A DNA stretch of 64,000 bases from an uncultured SAR86 cluster bacterium (lineage in GTDB: Bacteria; Pseudomonadota; Gammaproteobacteria; Magnimaribacterales; D2472): NCBI GenBank assembly GCA_902626385.1, contig CACOEZ010000001.1, positions 79,756-143,755 on the forward strand, read 5' to 3'. Every line of letters starts with the position of its first letter. Positions within the stretch are counted from its first letter, which is position 1. Shown piece by piece: positions 9,064 through 17,785 of the stretch. Under the pieces are notes generated by a model. The model saw nothing but the letters and a program-made list of their open reading frames with translations, made no database searches and had not been told where the DNA came from. Made by a program: the position numbers and the translations under genes.

Positions 9064-10437
9064 ATGAGCGATAAAGTTTACGAAGAAATTGTAGATAAGG
9101 CTGAAAAAATATCATTAAAGTGGAGATCCTTGCCTGCGCCGCAAAGAGGCGAGCTTATAAGGAAATTCGGAGAGGAATTAAGAAATAGTAAAGATGATCT
9201 TGCTAAAACTATTACTAAAGAGGCCAGAAAAGTAAAAACTGAGTCACTTGGAGAGGTGCAAGAAGCAATCGATATGTGCGATTTTGCTGTTGGATTGAGT
9301 AGACAGTTATATGGTTTAACGATGCCAAGCGAAAGACCAAATCATAGGCTACAAGAACTATGGCATCCCTTGGGTGTAGTTGGCTGCATAACAGCATTTA
9401 ACTTTCCAATGGCAGTGTTTGCATGGAATTTCTGTTTAGCCGCAGTCTGTGGCAACAGCGTAATATGGAAGCCCAGCCCCCATTCAAACCAATGTGCAAA
9501 AGGAATAAAAGGAGCATGGGACAAGGTTAGTGGCGAATATTCAGATCTTATTTTGATACTAGAAGGAGGCAATCAAGAAGCGGTTTCTTTGTGCGAAGAT
9601 AAAAGGATTTCTTTAATTTCAGCTACTGGCAGTACAAAAATGGGAAAAGAACTAGCACCAATTGTATCTGCTCGCTTAGGGAAACTTTTACTAGAGCTAG
9701 GTGGCAATAATGCTGCAATAGTATGTTCTTCAGCAAATCTAGATTTAACTATTAAGGGCATAGCATTCTCAGCATGTGGAACAACTGGTCAAAGATGTAC
9801 TTCATTGAGAAGATTGTTTGTTCATCAAGATATCTATGATGACTGTGTCTCAAGGCTGAGAGAGTGTTTTGATGAGCTAATTATTGGCTGCCCATCAAAA
9901 GATGATTCTCAAATTGGGCCTCTTATTTCAGAAGATAGCTATACCGCTATGCAGAAAATTTTAGAGTCTCTACGCGCAAAGAAAATAGAAGTGATCGGCG
10001 GCGAAAGATTGAATATTGAAAATCCAGATGAATTTTATGTTAAACCGGCTTTAGTTTTGGTGGATGAAATCCCAGATGAGATGCTTGAAGAAACGTTTGC
10101 ACCGATATTGTATGTTAAGAGTTTTTCAGATGTTAAAAATGCCATAGAAATGCAAAACAATGTAAGTCAAGGCCTGAGTAGTTCAATTTTTACAAATGAC
10201 ATTAGAGAGTCAGAATTATTTCTGAGTGAGTCCGGGAGTGATTGCGGAATTGCAAATGTAAATATTGGAACAAGTGGGGCTGAAATCGGTGGTGCTTTCG
10301 GCGGTGAGAAGGATACTGGTGGTGGCAGAGAGTCAGGATCAGACTCTTGGAAAAATTATATGAGAAGAGTAACTGCAACTGTAAATTATGGGGAAGACTT
10401 GCCACTTGCTCAAGGAGTTGAATTTGATGAAAAATAA
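9064..10437 (+). CDS. amaB: ALDH7-type aldehyde dehydrogenase (alpha-aminoadipic semialdehyde / piperideine-6-carboxylate dehydrogenase)
   Basis: ELGGNNA and GTTGQRCTS catalytic motifs. The C-terminal third is nearly colinear with antiquitin as I remember it (ETFAPILYV...QGLSSSIFT...GSDCGI.NVNI.TSGAEIGGAFGGEK.TGGGRESGSD.WK.YMRR...LPLAQG). ATG 9064 follows GGGAGAG. Confidence 0.85.
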   Translation: MSDKVYEEIVDKAEKISLKWRSLPAPQRGELIRKFGEELRNSKDDLAKTITKEARKVKTESLGEVQEAIDMCDFAVGLSRQLYGLTMPSERPNHRLQELWHPLGVVGCITAFNFPMAVFAWNFCLAAVCGNSVIWKPSPHSNQCAKGIKGAWDKVSGEYSDLILILEGGNQEAVSLCEDKRISLISATGSTKMGKELAPIVSARLGKLLLELGGNNAAIVCSSANLDLTIKGIAFSACGTTGQRCTSLRRLFVHQDIYDDCVSRLRECFDELIIGCPSKDDSQIGPLISEDSYTAMQKILESLRAKKIEVIGGERLNIENPDEFYVKPALVLVDEIPDEMLEETFAPILYVKSFSDVKNAIEMQNNVSQGLSSSIFTNDIRESELFLSESGSDCGIANVNIGTSGAEIGGAFGGEKDTGGGRESGSDSWKNYMRRVTATVNYGEDLPLAQGVEFDEK

Positions 10438-11434
10438 GGTTGCAATTGTTGGAAGCGGTAACATTGGCTGGGCTTTGAGAAAGCTTCTCCAAGATGATTA
10501 TGATATTTCACAAGGTGATATCTTAGACGGATTAGATGCAACTGATTCTAGTCAAGTTGAGAAATTTTTAGTCGGACATGATGCAGTAATTTCAGCAGGC
10601 CCTTATGCGGTCAATAAAAATATAGCAAAAGTAGCAGCAGAAAAAAACATTGGATACTTTGACCTTACGGAAGATGTTGATACAACAGAATTTATTAAAG
10701 AACTTAAATCAGAGAGTGTTCTTATGCCACAATGCGGTCTCGCACCAGGCGCTATTAATATTTGTGCTGCTAGTATGATGGAAGAGTTTGATGATGTAAA
10801 AGAAGTGCTTATGAGGGTAGGAGCATTACCAAGATTTACAACAAATGAAATGAGCTACTATCTAAGCTGGTCAACAAACGGCTTAATAAATGAATATTGC
10901 AATGAAGCTGACGCAATATATGAAGGTAAGCCAATAAAAGTTATGCCATTAGAAGGATCTGAGAAACTTGTAATTGAGGGCGAAAGCTTTGAAGCTTTTA
11001 ATACAAGTGGTGGTTGTGCCACCATGTGTGAAACATACGCGGATAAGGTTGAAAATTTAACTTACAAAACCATAAGGTATCCAGGACATTTAAATCATAT
11101 GAAATTTTTATTTAATGATTTACATCTTAAAAAGAATAAAGAAATTTTGGAGAAGCTTTTTGATAAGGAAGTACCTAGAACCAAAAATGATGTAATTATA
11201 TTTTTTGTAAAAGTCATTGGCATGATTGATGGCGTTCTCCAAGAAAAAACTTATTTAAGAAAGATTTATGGTGATGACAAATATAGTGCAATTCAACTTA
11301 CAACAGCCTCAGGAGTATGTAGTGTGCTTAAAATGTTCCTTGATGGAAAGATATCGTCAAAAGGTTTTACAAAACAAGAATCATTATCTTGGAATGACTT
11401 TTTAGATAATAAATTCGGTCAAGTATATAAATAA
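10427..11434 (+). CDS. saccharopine dehydrogenase family oxidoreductase (possible lysine 6-dehydrogenase)
   Basis: Rossmann start MKNKVAIVGSGNIG. Sacchrp_dh-like length. ATG 10427 overlaps the amaB stop by 11 nt. Confidence 0.65.
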   Translation: MKNKVAIVGSGNIGWALRKLLQDDYDISQGDILDGLDATDSSQVEKFLVGHDAVISAGPYAVNKNIAKVAAEKNIGYFDLTEDVDTTEFIKELKSESVLMPQCGLAPGAINICAASMMEEFDDVKEVLMRVGALPRFTTNEMSYYLSWSTNGLINEYCNEADAIYEGKPIKVMPLEGSEKLVIEGESFEAFNTSGGCATMCETYADKVENLTYKTIRYPGHLNHMKFLFNDLHLKKNKEILEKLFDKEVPRTKNDVIIFFVKVIGMIDGVLQEKTYLRKIYGDDKYSAIQLTTASGVCSVLKMFLDGKISSKGFTKQESLSWNDFLDNKFGQVYK

Positions 11435-11435
11435 A

Positions 11436-12131
11436 ATGACACCGCTAAGTTTATTAAGTTTTTCTCACATAGCTTTTACAGCAGCTTGTTTCCTTGTAAT
11501 TATCTTTTTACCCAGATTCTTTGTAAATTCTTCGGATAGTTCAAAAAATCTCCTAGTTATGGCTATTATCGTTTTGATAATGGTTAATCAAGGAATGGAT
11601 CTATATAGAGAGGGCTATATGCAAGAGTGGAAACTGGGACTACCTCTTCATTTATGTGATTTTTCTTCATTTTCTGTAATTTTATATTTTCTTACAAAAA
11701 GAAAAGAGTTTTTCCTTTTTGCATTCTTTTTTGGTATTGCTGGAGGAGGAATGTCACTTTTGACTCCAGATATACTCTATGCATTTCCGTATATTGGATA
11801 TATACAAAATCAGATTGGACATTCAATGATTTTATTAGGCGTTAGCTATGCAATGATTATCGATAATCAAAGACCATATCTAGGAGACGTTCATAAAGTA
11901 CTTTTTTTCACAACACTTTTACTGTTGATCATGTACCCCATAAATTATTTTCTCGGCCCTCCAGCTAATTATTGGTTTTTGGTTGAAAAGCCAATAGGAG
12001 ACAATGTAACTAACTTCATGAGAGCAGAACCTTTTCATATAATAGATATTTATGTTCTTGCTGTCATAGTTTGCTATCTTATGTATCTTCCCTATCTTTT
12101 TAGAGATAAATTGGAAAAGAAAAATGTCTAG
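11436..12131 (+). CDS. integral membrane protein (YwaF/TIGR02206-like, tentative)
   Basis: About 7 hydrophobic helices with an LPLHLCD motif. Family assignment is from memory only. Confidence 0.4.
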   Translation: MTPLSLLSFSHIAFTAACFLVIIFLPRFFVNSSDSSKNLLVMAIIVLIMVNQGMDLYREGYMQEWKLGLPLHLCDFSSFSVILYFLTKRKEFFLFAFFFGIAGGGMSLLTPDILYAFPYIGYIQNQIGHSMILLGVSYAMIIDNQRPYLGDVHKVLFFTTLLLLIMYPINYFLGPPANYWFLVEKPIGDNVTNFMRAEPFHIIDIYVLAVIVCYLMYLPYLFRDKLEKKNV

Positions 12132-12726
12132 CGTGTCACCCGATCAGATACCTCAAAGTTTTAGAGCAAATAGACCACGTTTTATTCAATGGCTTGGAAG
12201 ATCCTTGTTGTCTATACTTGGATGGAAGGTTCTTGGTGATATTGGAGAAGAACACGCTCATAAAAATTTAGTGGTTATAGTTGCACCACACACTTCTAAC
12301 TGGGATGGTATTTTAGGAGTTGCAGCAATTGCAGGTCTTGATGCAAAAATATCATTTTTAGGAAAAGAGTCTGCTTTTAAATATGGACTTGGCGCTTTTT
12401 TGAGATATATGGGAGGTATTCCTATTGATAGGAGCAATCCAGGCGGAGTCATTAATGACGCCATTGAAAAGATAAAAAAAATTAACGGCACCCTTTTGGG
12501 AATGTCACCTGAAGGGACTAGATCTAAAGTTGAAGCTTGGAAGACAGGTTTTTTAAGAATTGCTAAAGGAATTAATGCAAATATAATTCCTGCTTCATTA
12601 GATTTTGCAAAAAAAGAAGTTCTTCTTGGTAAAACTTTTACGCCAACTGGCGACAACAAAAAAGATATAGAAAGCTTACAAGATTATTACAAAGACTTTA
12701 CAGCAAAGCATCCAGAAAATTATTAA
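12124..12726 (+). CDS. 1-acyl-sn-glycerol-3-phosphate acyltransferase family protein
   Basis: HxxxxD acyltransferase motif (HTSNWD) and PEGTRS motif. Confidence 0.7.
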   Translation: MSSVSPDQIPQSFRANRPRFIQWLGRSLLSILGWKVLGDIGEEHAHKNLVVIVAPHTSNWDGILGVAAIAGLDAKISFLGKESAFKYGLGAFLRYMGGIPIDRSNPGGVINDAIEKIKKINGTLLGMSPEGTRSKVEAWKTGFLRIAKGINANIIPASLDFAKKEVLLGKTFTPTGDNKKDIESLQDYYKDFTAKHPENY

Positions 12727-14549
12727 CTTTTTGCTTCCTCAATCATTTTATTAACCATCTCTTCGACAATAAATAGTGGTGGATTTCCATGATCAAGTAC
12801 TGCTGAATGAAAATCTTTTATGTTAAATTTATCACCCAACTCATTCTTTGCTTTATCTCTAAGTTCTAACATCTTTAGCATCCCAACTTTATAGCTCAAA
12901 GCTTGTCCTGGCCATACGATATATCTTTCAATTTCAACCCTGACCTCTGTGTCAGACATTCCAGTGATAGATTTCATGTACTTCATTGCTTCTTCTCTTG
13001 TCCATTTTTTGTAATGCATTCCGGTATCTACAACTAACCTGACTGCTCTAAATATTTCACTCTGAAGTATGCCAAGTTCATCATATGGATTTTCAGCCAG
13101 TCCTGCCTCAAGGGCTAACTGTTCTGCATATAAGGCCCATCCCTCTGAAAATGCTGAGGTCCCATAACCAAATCTCCTATATAAAGTTAAGGATTCATTC
13201 TCAAGAGAATGTGCAATTTGGTGATGATGGCCTGGAGTAGCCTCATGATAAGTAAGTGTTCGCATGCTATAAGTAGGCGTCTGTTTTATGTCATATAAAT
13301 TTGCATAAAAAACACCGGGCCTACTTCCATCTAGAGCAGGGGCCTGATAATAACCCCCAGCTGCAGTTTGTTCAGAATATTCAGGCACTGCTTTAACAAC
13401 AACATCTGACTTCGGCATGGTATGAAAATATTCAGTCATTACTTCTATAGCCTCATTAACCATTTCTGTGTAATCGTTAACAATTATTTCTTTTCTATCA
13501 GGAGTATCAGCATACAAAAAGTCTGGATTTTCATTTAACTCATTCATTAACTGACCGACGCTCTTTGATGTGTCATATCCAAGACTAGTAAGTATCTCTC
13601 TCATCCTATTTGTAATTCTCTCAACCTCACTCAAGCCTGTCTGATGAATAAACTCTGGTGTGTAATCAGTTGTTGTGTATGTCCTAATTCTCAATTTGTA
13701 ATAATCATCACCACCAGGTTGAGACCATATACCATGATTTTTATTTGCATTCTTTTTAGTTCTCTCCATGAATCCCAATAGAAGCTTGAAACCAGGAGTA
13801 ACACTGTCTTCAATAGCCTTTTTTATTCTTTTATCAAAATCATCAAGCTCTTTATCAGTTATGTTTAACTCTTTAACTTTCATCATAAATTGAGTGTAAA
13901 GGGGATGTTCTTCAAATGAGTAATTAATGAAATCATTTAATTGATTAATAACATGTCCATAAACAAATTCAGGCGGATATATCCCGCTATTTGCTTGTTT
14001 TTCTAAATCTTTGAGAGTACCTTCGTAGACATCTCTAATCAGTTCAACTCTTTTGATAAAATCATTTGCTTCAGATTTTGTTCTAACAGGATGCATGTCG
14101 CTCATAAATTCAATCGTATTCAGATGAATTCCACCAATTTGATTAAGTGGGTAGTCTAAATAAGGAAACTCTTTAAGCTCTTTCAGGTTATTTTCAAGAT
14201 CAAATATCGCAATTTTTTTTGTAACTTTTTGGACATCAGTTAAGCTCGAATCTTTATATTTATAAAGAGTCTTTATTCCCTTTTCTAATTCTTTTATACC
14301 TTCTTCAAGATCATTTTCTTCTGGAATAGATAGCCTAGAGTTATGCTTTGTTAACCAATTGAACCTATCTAAAATTCCAACATAAGTTAAAGCTTCAGGT
14401 GAATCTACCAGACCCAGGACCAATTCTTTTCCAAGATAATGATCAATAGAATATGGCTTCATTAAAAAAAGATTAGCTAAGTATATTGAAAATAAAGCTA
14501 CAACTATTACCAATAACCTTGTCATTAGCTTAAGTATTTTTTTAATCAT
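12723..14549 (-). CDS. DUF885 family protein (membrane-anchored or secreted, metalloprotease-like)
   Basis: N-terminal TM. YHEATPGHHHQ plus the GWALYAE signature of DUF885. Confidence 0.7.
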   Translation of the reverse strand: MIKKILKLMTRLLVIVVALFSIYLANLFLMKPYSIDHYLGKELVLGLVDSPEALTYVGILDRFNWLTKHNSRLSIPEENDLEEGIKELEKGIKTLYKYKDSSLTDVQKVTKKIAIFDLENNLKELKEFPYLDYPLNQIGGIHLNTIEFMSDMHPVRTKSEANDFIKRVELIRDVYEGTLKDLEKQANSGIYPPEFVYGHVINQLNDFINYSFEEHPLYTQFMMKVKELNITDKELDDFDKRIKKAIEDSVTPGFKLLLGFMERTKKNANKNHGIWSQPGGDDYYKLRIRTYTTTDYTPEFIHQTGLSEVERITNRMREILTSLGYDTSKSVGQLMNELNENPDFLYADTPDRKEIIVNDYTEMVNEAIEVMTEYFHTMPKSDVVVKAVPEYSEQTAAGGYYQAPALDGSRPGVFYANLYDIKQTPTYSMRTLTYHEATPGHHHQIAHSLENESLTLYRRFGYGTSAFSEGWALYAEQLALEAGLAENPYDELGILQSEIFRAVRLVVDTGMHYKKWTREEAMKYMKSITGMSDTEVRVEIERYIVWPGQALSYKVGMLKMLELRDKAKNELGDKFNIKDFHSAVLDHGNPPLFIVEEMVNKMIEEAKS

Positions 14550-14581
14550 GATAAAATTCCTAAAAAATTATATATATTATT

Positions 14582-15274
14582 ATGTCAGAAAAAATCGCAA
14601 CACTTAAAAAAGAAGGGAATATATCCATCATAACTCTCGATGATGGAAAGGCTAATGTTTTTGCTCCAGAGATGTCAAAACATATTAATGAATGTTTAGA
14701 TGAAGTTTCAACTGAAGAGGGCTGCCTAATTATTACTGGAAGAGAGGGAATGTTTTCTGGAGGATTAGATTTAAAAATTATACAAAGTGGCGACATAGAA
14801 AAAATTCAAGAAATGTCATTTAGTGCATTTCAACTTCTTGGAAGAATTTTTTCATTTCCAAGACCAGTGATTGCAGCTTGTTCTGGACATGCAGTTGCGC
14901 TTGGTACTTTCTTGCTGTGTTGTTGCGACTACAGAATTGGAGTCAAAGGTGATTTCATGCTTGGCGCAAATGAAATGAGAACAAATATGGTAATACCAAC
15001 ACCAATTCTTGAGCTAATTAAATTTAGAGTTGCAAATGCCCACAAATATAGAGCTGTGCTTGGTGCAGAAATGTACACATTAGAGCAATCACAAGATGCA
15101 GGACTTATTGATGATGTTGTTGAAATGAATGATCTTATGGATGCTACAAACAAAAAGGCGGAAGACTTGGCTACTATGGGGCATCCAAGCTATTCAATGA
15201 CAAAAGAGCTTTTTATTGCAGAGCCCATGAAAAAAATTAACGAAGCAATGCAAGAGCTTGAGAAGCAAGTTTAA
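14582..15274 (+). CDS. enoyl-CoA hydratase/isomerase (crotonase) family protein
   Basis: ITLDDGKANVF...FSGGLDL...ACSGHAVALG crotonase-fold oxyanion-hole pattern. Confidence 0.7.
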   Translation: MSEKIATLKKEGNISIITLDDGKANVFAPEMSKHINECLDEVSTEEGCLIITGREGMFSGGLDLKIIQSGDIEKIQEMSFSAFQLLGRIFSFPRPVIAACSGHAVALGTFLLCCCDYRIGVKGDFMLGANEMRTNMVIPTPILELIKFRVANAHKYRAVLGAEMYTLEQSQDAGLIDDVVEMNDLMDATNKKAEDLATMGHPSYSMTKELFIAEPMKKINEAMQELEKQV

Positions 15275-15289
15275 GGCAGCAGTGCTTCT

Positions 15290-15802
15290 GTGAACCAAAG
15301 TTTTGAATATGTAATTCAAGATTTTGACAGCAAATCAAATGAAAATATTTTAATTGATATTTTTACTTTAAACCAAGCCAACACCCCAGAAGTTGGCAAT
15401 TTGCAATCACTCTCATATTTTAAAGAACTTCTAACAAATATCTCAACAGCTAAATATATTTCATTCAAGAACGAAGTTATTGGTTTTGTAGTTTGCTTCA
15501 GGGAAGCAAGTAATTACGGATCGGACAACTATAAGTTTTTCTCAAAAACTGAAAAAAGTTTTTTATATATTGATAGGATTGCAATCTGCGATAGGTTTAG
15601 AAGAAATAATCTTGCCAACGAACTCTATAGGACCATTGAACAAGAATGTATTACGTCTAAAATTCCTCTTTGCTGTGAAGTAAATCTCAAACCACTCAAC
15701 CAGCCATCAATTAACTTTCACGAAAAATTTGGATTTGTGCGTGTTGGGAAACAAGAATTTAAAGAAAATACTGTGGCTTACTTTAAAAAAGAATACATTT
15801 AA
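15290..15802 (+). CDS. GNAT family N-acetyltransferase
   Basis: 170 aa. IAICDRFRRNNLANELY (acetyl-CoA binding motif A-like). GTG start. Confidence 0.6.
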   Translation: MNQSFEYVIQDFDSKSNENILIDIFTLNQANTPEVGNLQSLSYFKELLTNISTAKYISFKNEVIGFVVCFREASNYGSDNYKFFSKTEKSFLYIDRIAICDRFRRNNLANELYRTIEQECITSKIPLCCEVNLKPLNQPSINFHEKFGFVRVGKQEFKENTVAYFKKEYI

Positions 15803-15861
15803 AAAAAATATACTTCTTCTTATTTATAACTTTGGATATATGCTATCTTGGCTAATGAGTT

Positions 15862-16728
15862 ATGGAAACTACTTTACTGTTCAAGACCATGGTAATTCTT
15901 ACCAGTCAGCTCTTTATCGTCTATATAACGGGTTATTACTGCATACTTAAAGCAAGACAGGCATATAAAAATAATTCAACTTTTCTAGACATGCGATTTA
16001 AAGGTTCAGTCAATATGAAAGGTAAGCTAGATCTTATTCCATATTTTCATAAAGACACTTTTCCTAAAAGAATGTCGATTGGGGTAATGAAAAAAAATAA
16101 ATGGGGCGCAGATGTAAAGAGCCTAGAATATAAGTATGCCAATAATCAAGACGAGGTTATTGAGCTTTTAAGAGAAGGCTATAAGCATGACGAAACCAAC
16201 AATAAACTTATTACGATCTTTGCATTTAATTCAGTCGTAAGTATTGGAGCCTTGGCATTTATTAGTTTTTTTGATCTAGGTATATTGTTAGGAATGACAT
16301 TTTTCACGCTTACCAGTTTAAGTCTAGGCCCAATTTTGGGAATCATTTTCCTTGAAATGGACGAGAACGATGGCTTTGCAGCATTGAAAATCACAATTTC
16401 AATAACCCTAATAACAGGATTTATTGGCTACAGCGACTTTATTTCTTTTTCAGAAAGTAAAGCATTTGGTGTGGTACTTATGCTTTGTTTGTTGGGCTTA
16501 ATTATTTTTAATTTAAGTCGCTCTTTTATGGAAATGAGTCGCTCAACAGTAAGAGTTGGGGCTATTTTTGGCTCAATATTATTTACACTATTTTTGTTAT
16601 ACGATTTTAACTACATTGCTAAACAGGAGAACGCTCTAAATAACTGGACTTCAGCTGTCGAAATGGCATATATACTATACTTAGATATTATCAATCTTCT
16701 ATTAGAAATTTTAGAAGCTATGGATTAA
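15862..16728 (+). CDS. multi-pass membrane protein, divergent Bax-inhibitor-1/YccA-like (tentative)
   Basis: 6-7 TM segments. C-terminal AYILYLDIINLLLEILE resembles the BI-1 family tail (LYLDFINLF..LL). Unusual ~90-aa soluble insert after TM1. Confidence 0.4.
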   Translation: METTLLFKTMVILTSQLFIVYITGYYCILKARQAYKNNSTFLDMRFKGSVNMKGKLDLIPYFHKDTFPKRMSIGVMKKNKWGADVKSLEYKYANNQDEVIELLREGYKHDETNNKLITIFAFNSVVSIGALAFISFFDLGILLGMTFFTLTSLSLGPILGIIFLEMDENDGFAALKITISITLITGFIGYSDFISFSESKAFGVVLMLCLLGLIIFNLSRSFMEMSRSTVRVGAIFGSILFTLFLLYDFNYIAKQENALNNWTSAVEMAYILYLDIINLLLEILEAMD

Positions 16729-16744
16729 TTTAGGAGGAATAAAA

Positions 16745-16936
16745 ATGTCAATATATAAATGTGATTCTTGTGGTATGTCGGTCAAGACATCATGTGGCAA
16801 GTGTGATGAGCCATTAGTGGATGGTACTCTTACCACTGATGATGGAAAAGTTGTACAAATATCAGAGTGTCCAAAGGGATGTGGAAAGATCAAGTCACCA
16901 TTATGCTGTGGACTGGATATGAGTTGCTCGATTTAG
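16745..16936 (+). CDS. small cysteine-rich protein (zinc-ribbon-like CxxC pairs), unknown function
   Basis: 63 aa with 9 Cys: C6xxC9, C17xxC20, C42, C46, CC54-55, C61. Strong SD TAGGAGGAAT 5-8 nt upstream of the ATG. Followed by a GC-rich hairpin. Confidence 0.55.
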   Translation: MSIYKCDSCGMSVKTSCGKCDEPLVDGTLTTDDGKVVQISECPKGCGKIKSPLCCGLDMSCSI

Positions 16937-16948
16937 AAAGTTAGTTGC

Positions 16949-16972
16949 TAGGGAGGAGTAAACTCCCCCCTA
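16949..16972. terminator. GC-rich hairpin between convergent genes (candidate bidirectional terminator)
   Basis: TAGGGAGGAG-taaa-CTCCCCCCTA: 10-bp stem with one A.C mismatch and a 4-nt loop. Lies 13 nt after the + gene stop and 6 nt after the - gene stop. No clear U-tract. Confidence 0.5.
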
Positions 16973-16977
16973 TGAAT

Positions 16978-17706
16978 TTATCTTGAAATATTCCAACCTT
17001 GTTGTTCAAGCACAAACCTATCTTCTGTTAAATTGCCAACCCAAACCACTTTGCCCATATCATCAAACATAAATCTTGTTACTGTATATGCATTTGCTTT
17101 ATAACCTGTTGCATCCTCGACAAACTCTGACCAATAAAGAACATGAACTACACCATCATTGGTTGAGGCAGTCTCAATAATATTAAATTCTTCTGGACCC
17201 CAAGCATCTGCATCTACACTACTTATGTTATTCATAACCTGTTCTTTGGAATATCTAATTTGAACAGGGCCTCTAGCAAAAGATACAGGTTTTTCAATAC
17301 CATCTCTTAGCACAACCGCTCCAACGCTCTCGCCAGGCATTCCTCGAAAACCTAGCTGGTTTCTATTTTCGTTTGTTAACCTAACACCATTAACCTCAAC
17401 AAAAGAATCCCCCTCTTGAAGAACTCCATCTGCCGGGCTTTCTGGAACAACATAATCAACGACCATACCATCACCGTCTGGATTCCAAACAAACCCAAAA
17501 CCAACATACCTTTCACCAACAGACACACCATCTGAAGCCATATTATTATCAATCATTGATAGCGCACTATCTTTGCTCGTAAGATATGCAGTAACCCAAG
17601 CTGTGGCTAGGTCCATTGCATCTTGGTGTTTGTTACTTGTATCCATAGAACAAGCTGAAACTATAAGCATCATTGATAATACAAAAGTTGCTTGTATTTT
17701 TCTCAT
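16978..17706 (-). CDS. lipoprotein with PDZ-like domain
   Basis: Lipobox IVSA-C. The central VVPESPADGVLQEGDSFVEVNGV...GESVGAVVLRDG resembles a PDZ carboxylate-binding region. Confidence 0.5.
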   Translation of the reverse strand: MRKIQATFVLSMMLIVSACSMDTSNKHQDAMDLATAWVTAYLTSKDSALSMIDNNMASDGVSVGERYVGFGFVWNPDGDGMVVDYVVPESPADGVLQEGDSFVEVNGVRLTNENRNQLGFRGMPGESVGAVVLRDGIEKPVSFARGPVQIRYSKEQVMNNISSVDADAWGPEEFNIIETASTNDGVVHVLYWSEFVEDATGYKANAYTVTRFMFDDMGKVVWVGNLTEDRFVLEQQGWNISR

Positions 17707-17785
17707 AAAAATCTCCCTTTAAATATAAATCAAATACTAAATCAAATTGATGTTAATTAAAACTTTAATTACTTATAATCTTGGT

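Noticed and set aside
12258-12659. 133-aa ORF antisense to the acyltransferase gene, and similar long antisense ORFs (51245-51568 opposite exbD, 54891-55193 opposite thyA, 10202-10492, 9342-9572).
   Set aside because: Each lies wholly inside a gene with clear family motifs on the other strand, and none has a motif, SD or signal of its own. A back-of-envelope estimate gives a stop frequency of ~7 percent per codon and ~9000 stop-to-stop ORFs in six frames. On that basis roughly one chance ORF of this length is expected per window, and antisense frames of real genes are further depleted of stops.
15729-15950. 73-aa ORF bridging the GNAT gene and the BI-1-like membrane protein.
   Set aside because: It overlaps both well-supported neighbours out of frame, and the ATG at 15862 gives a sensible N-terminus for the membrane protein.
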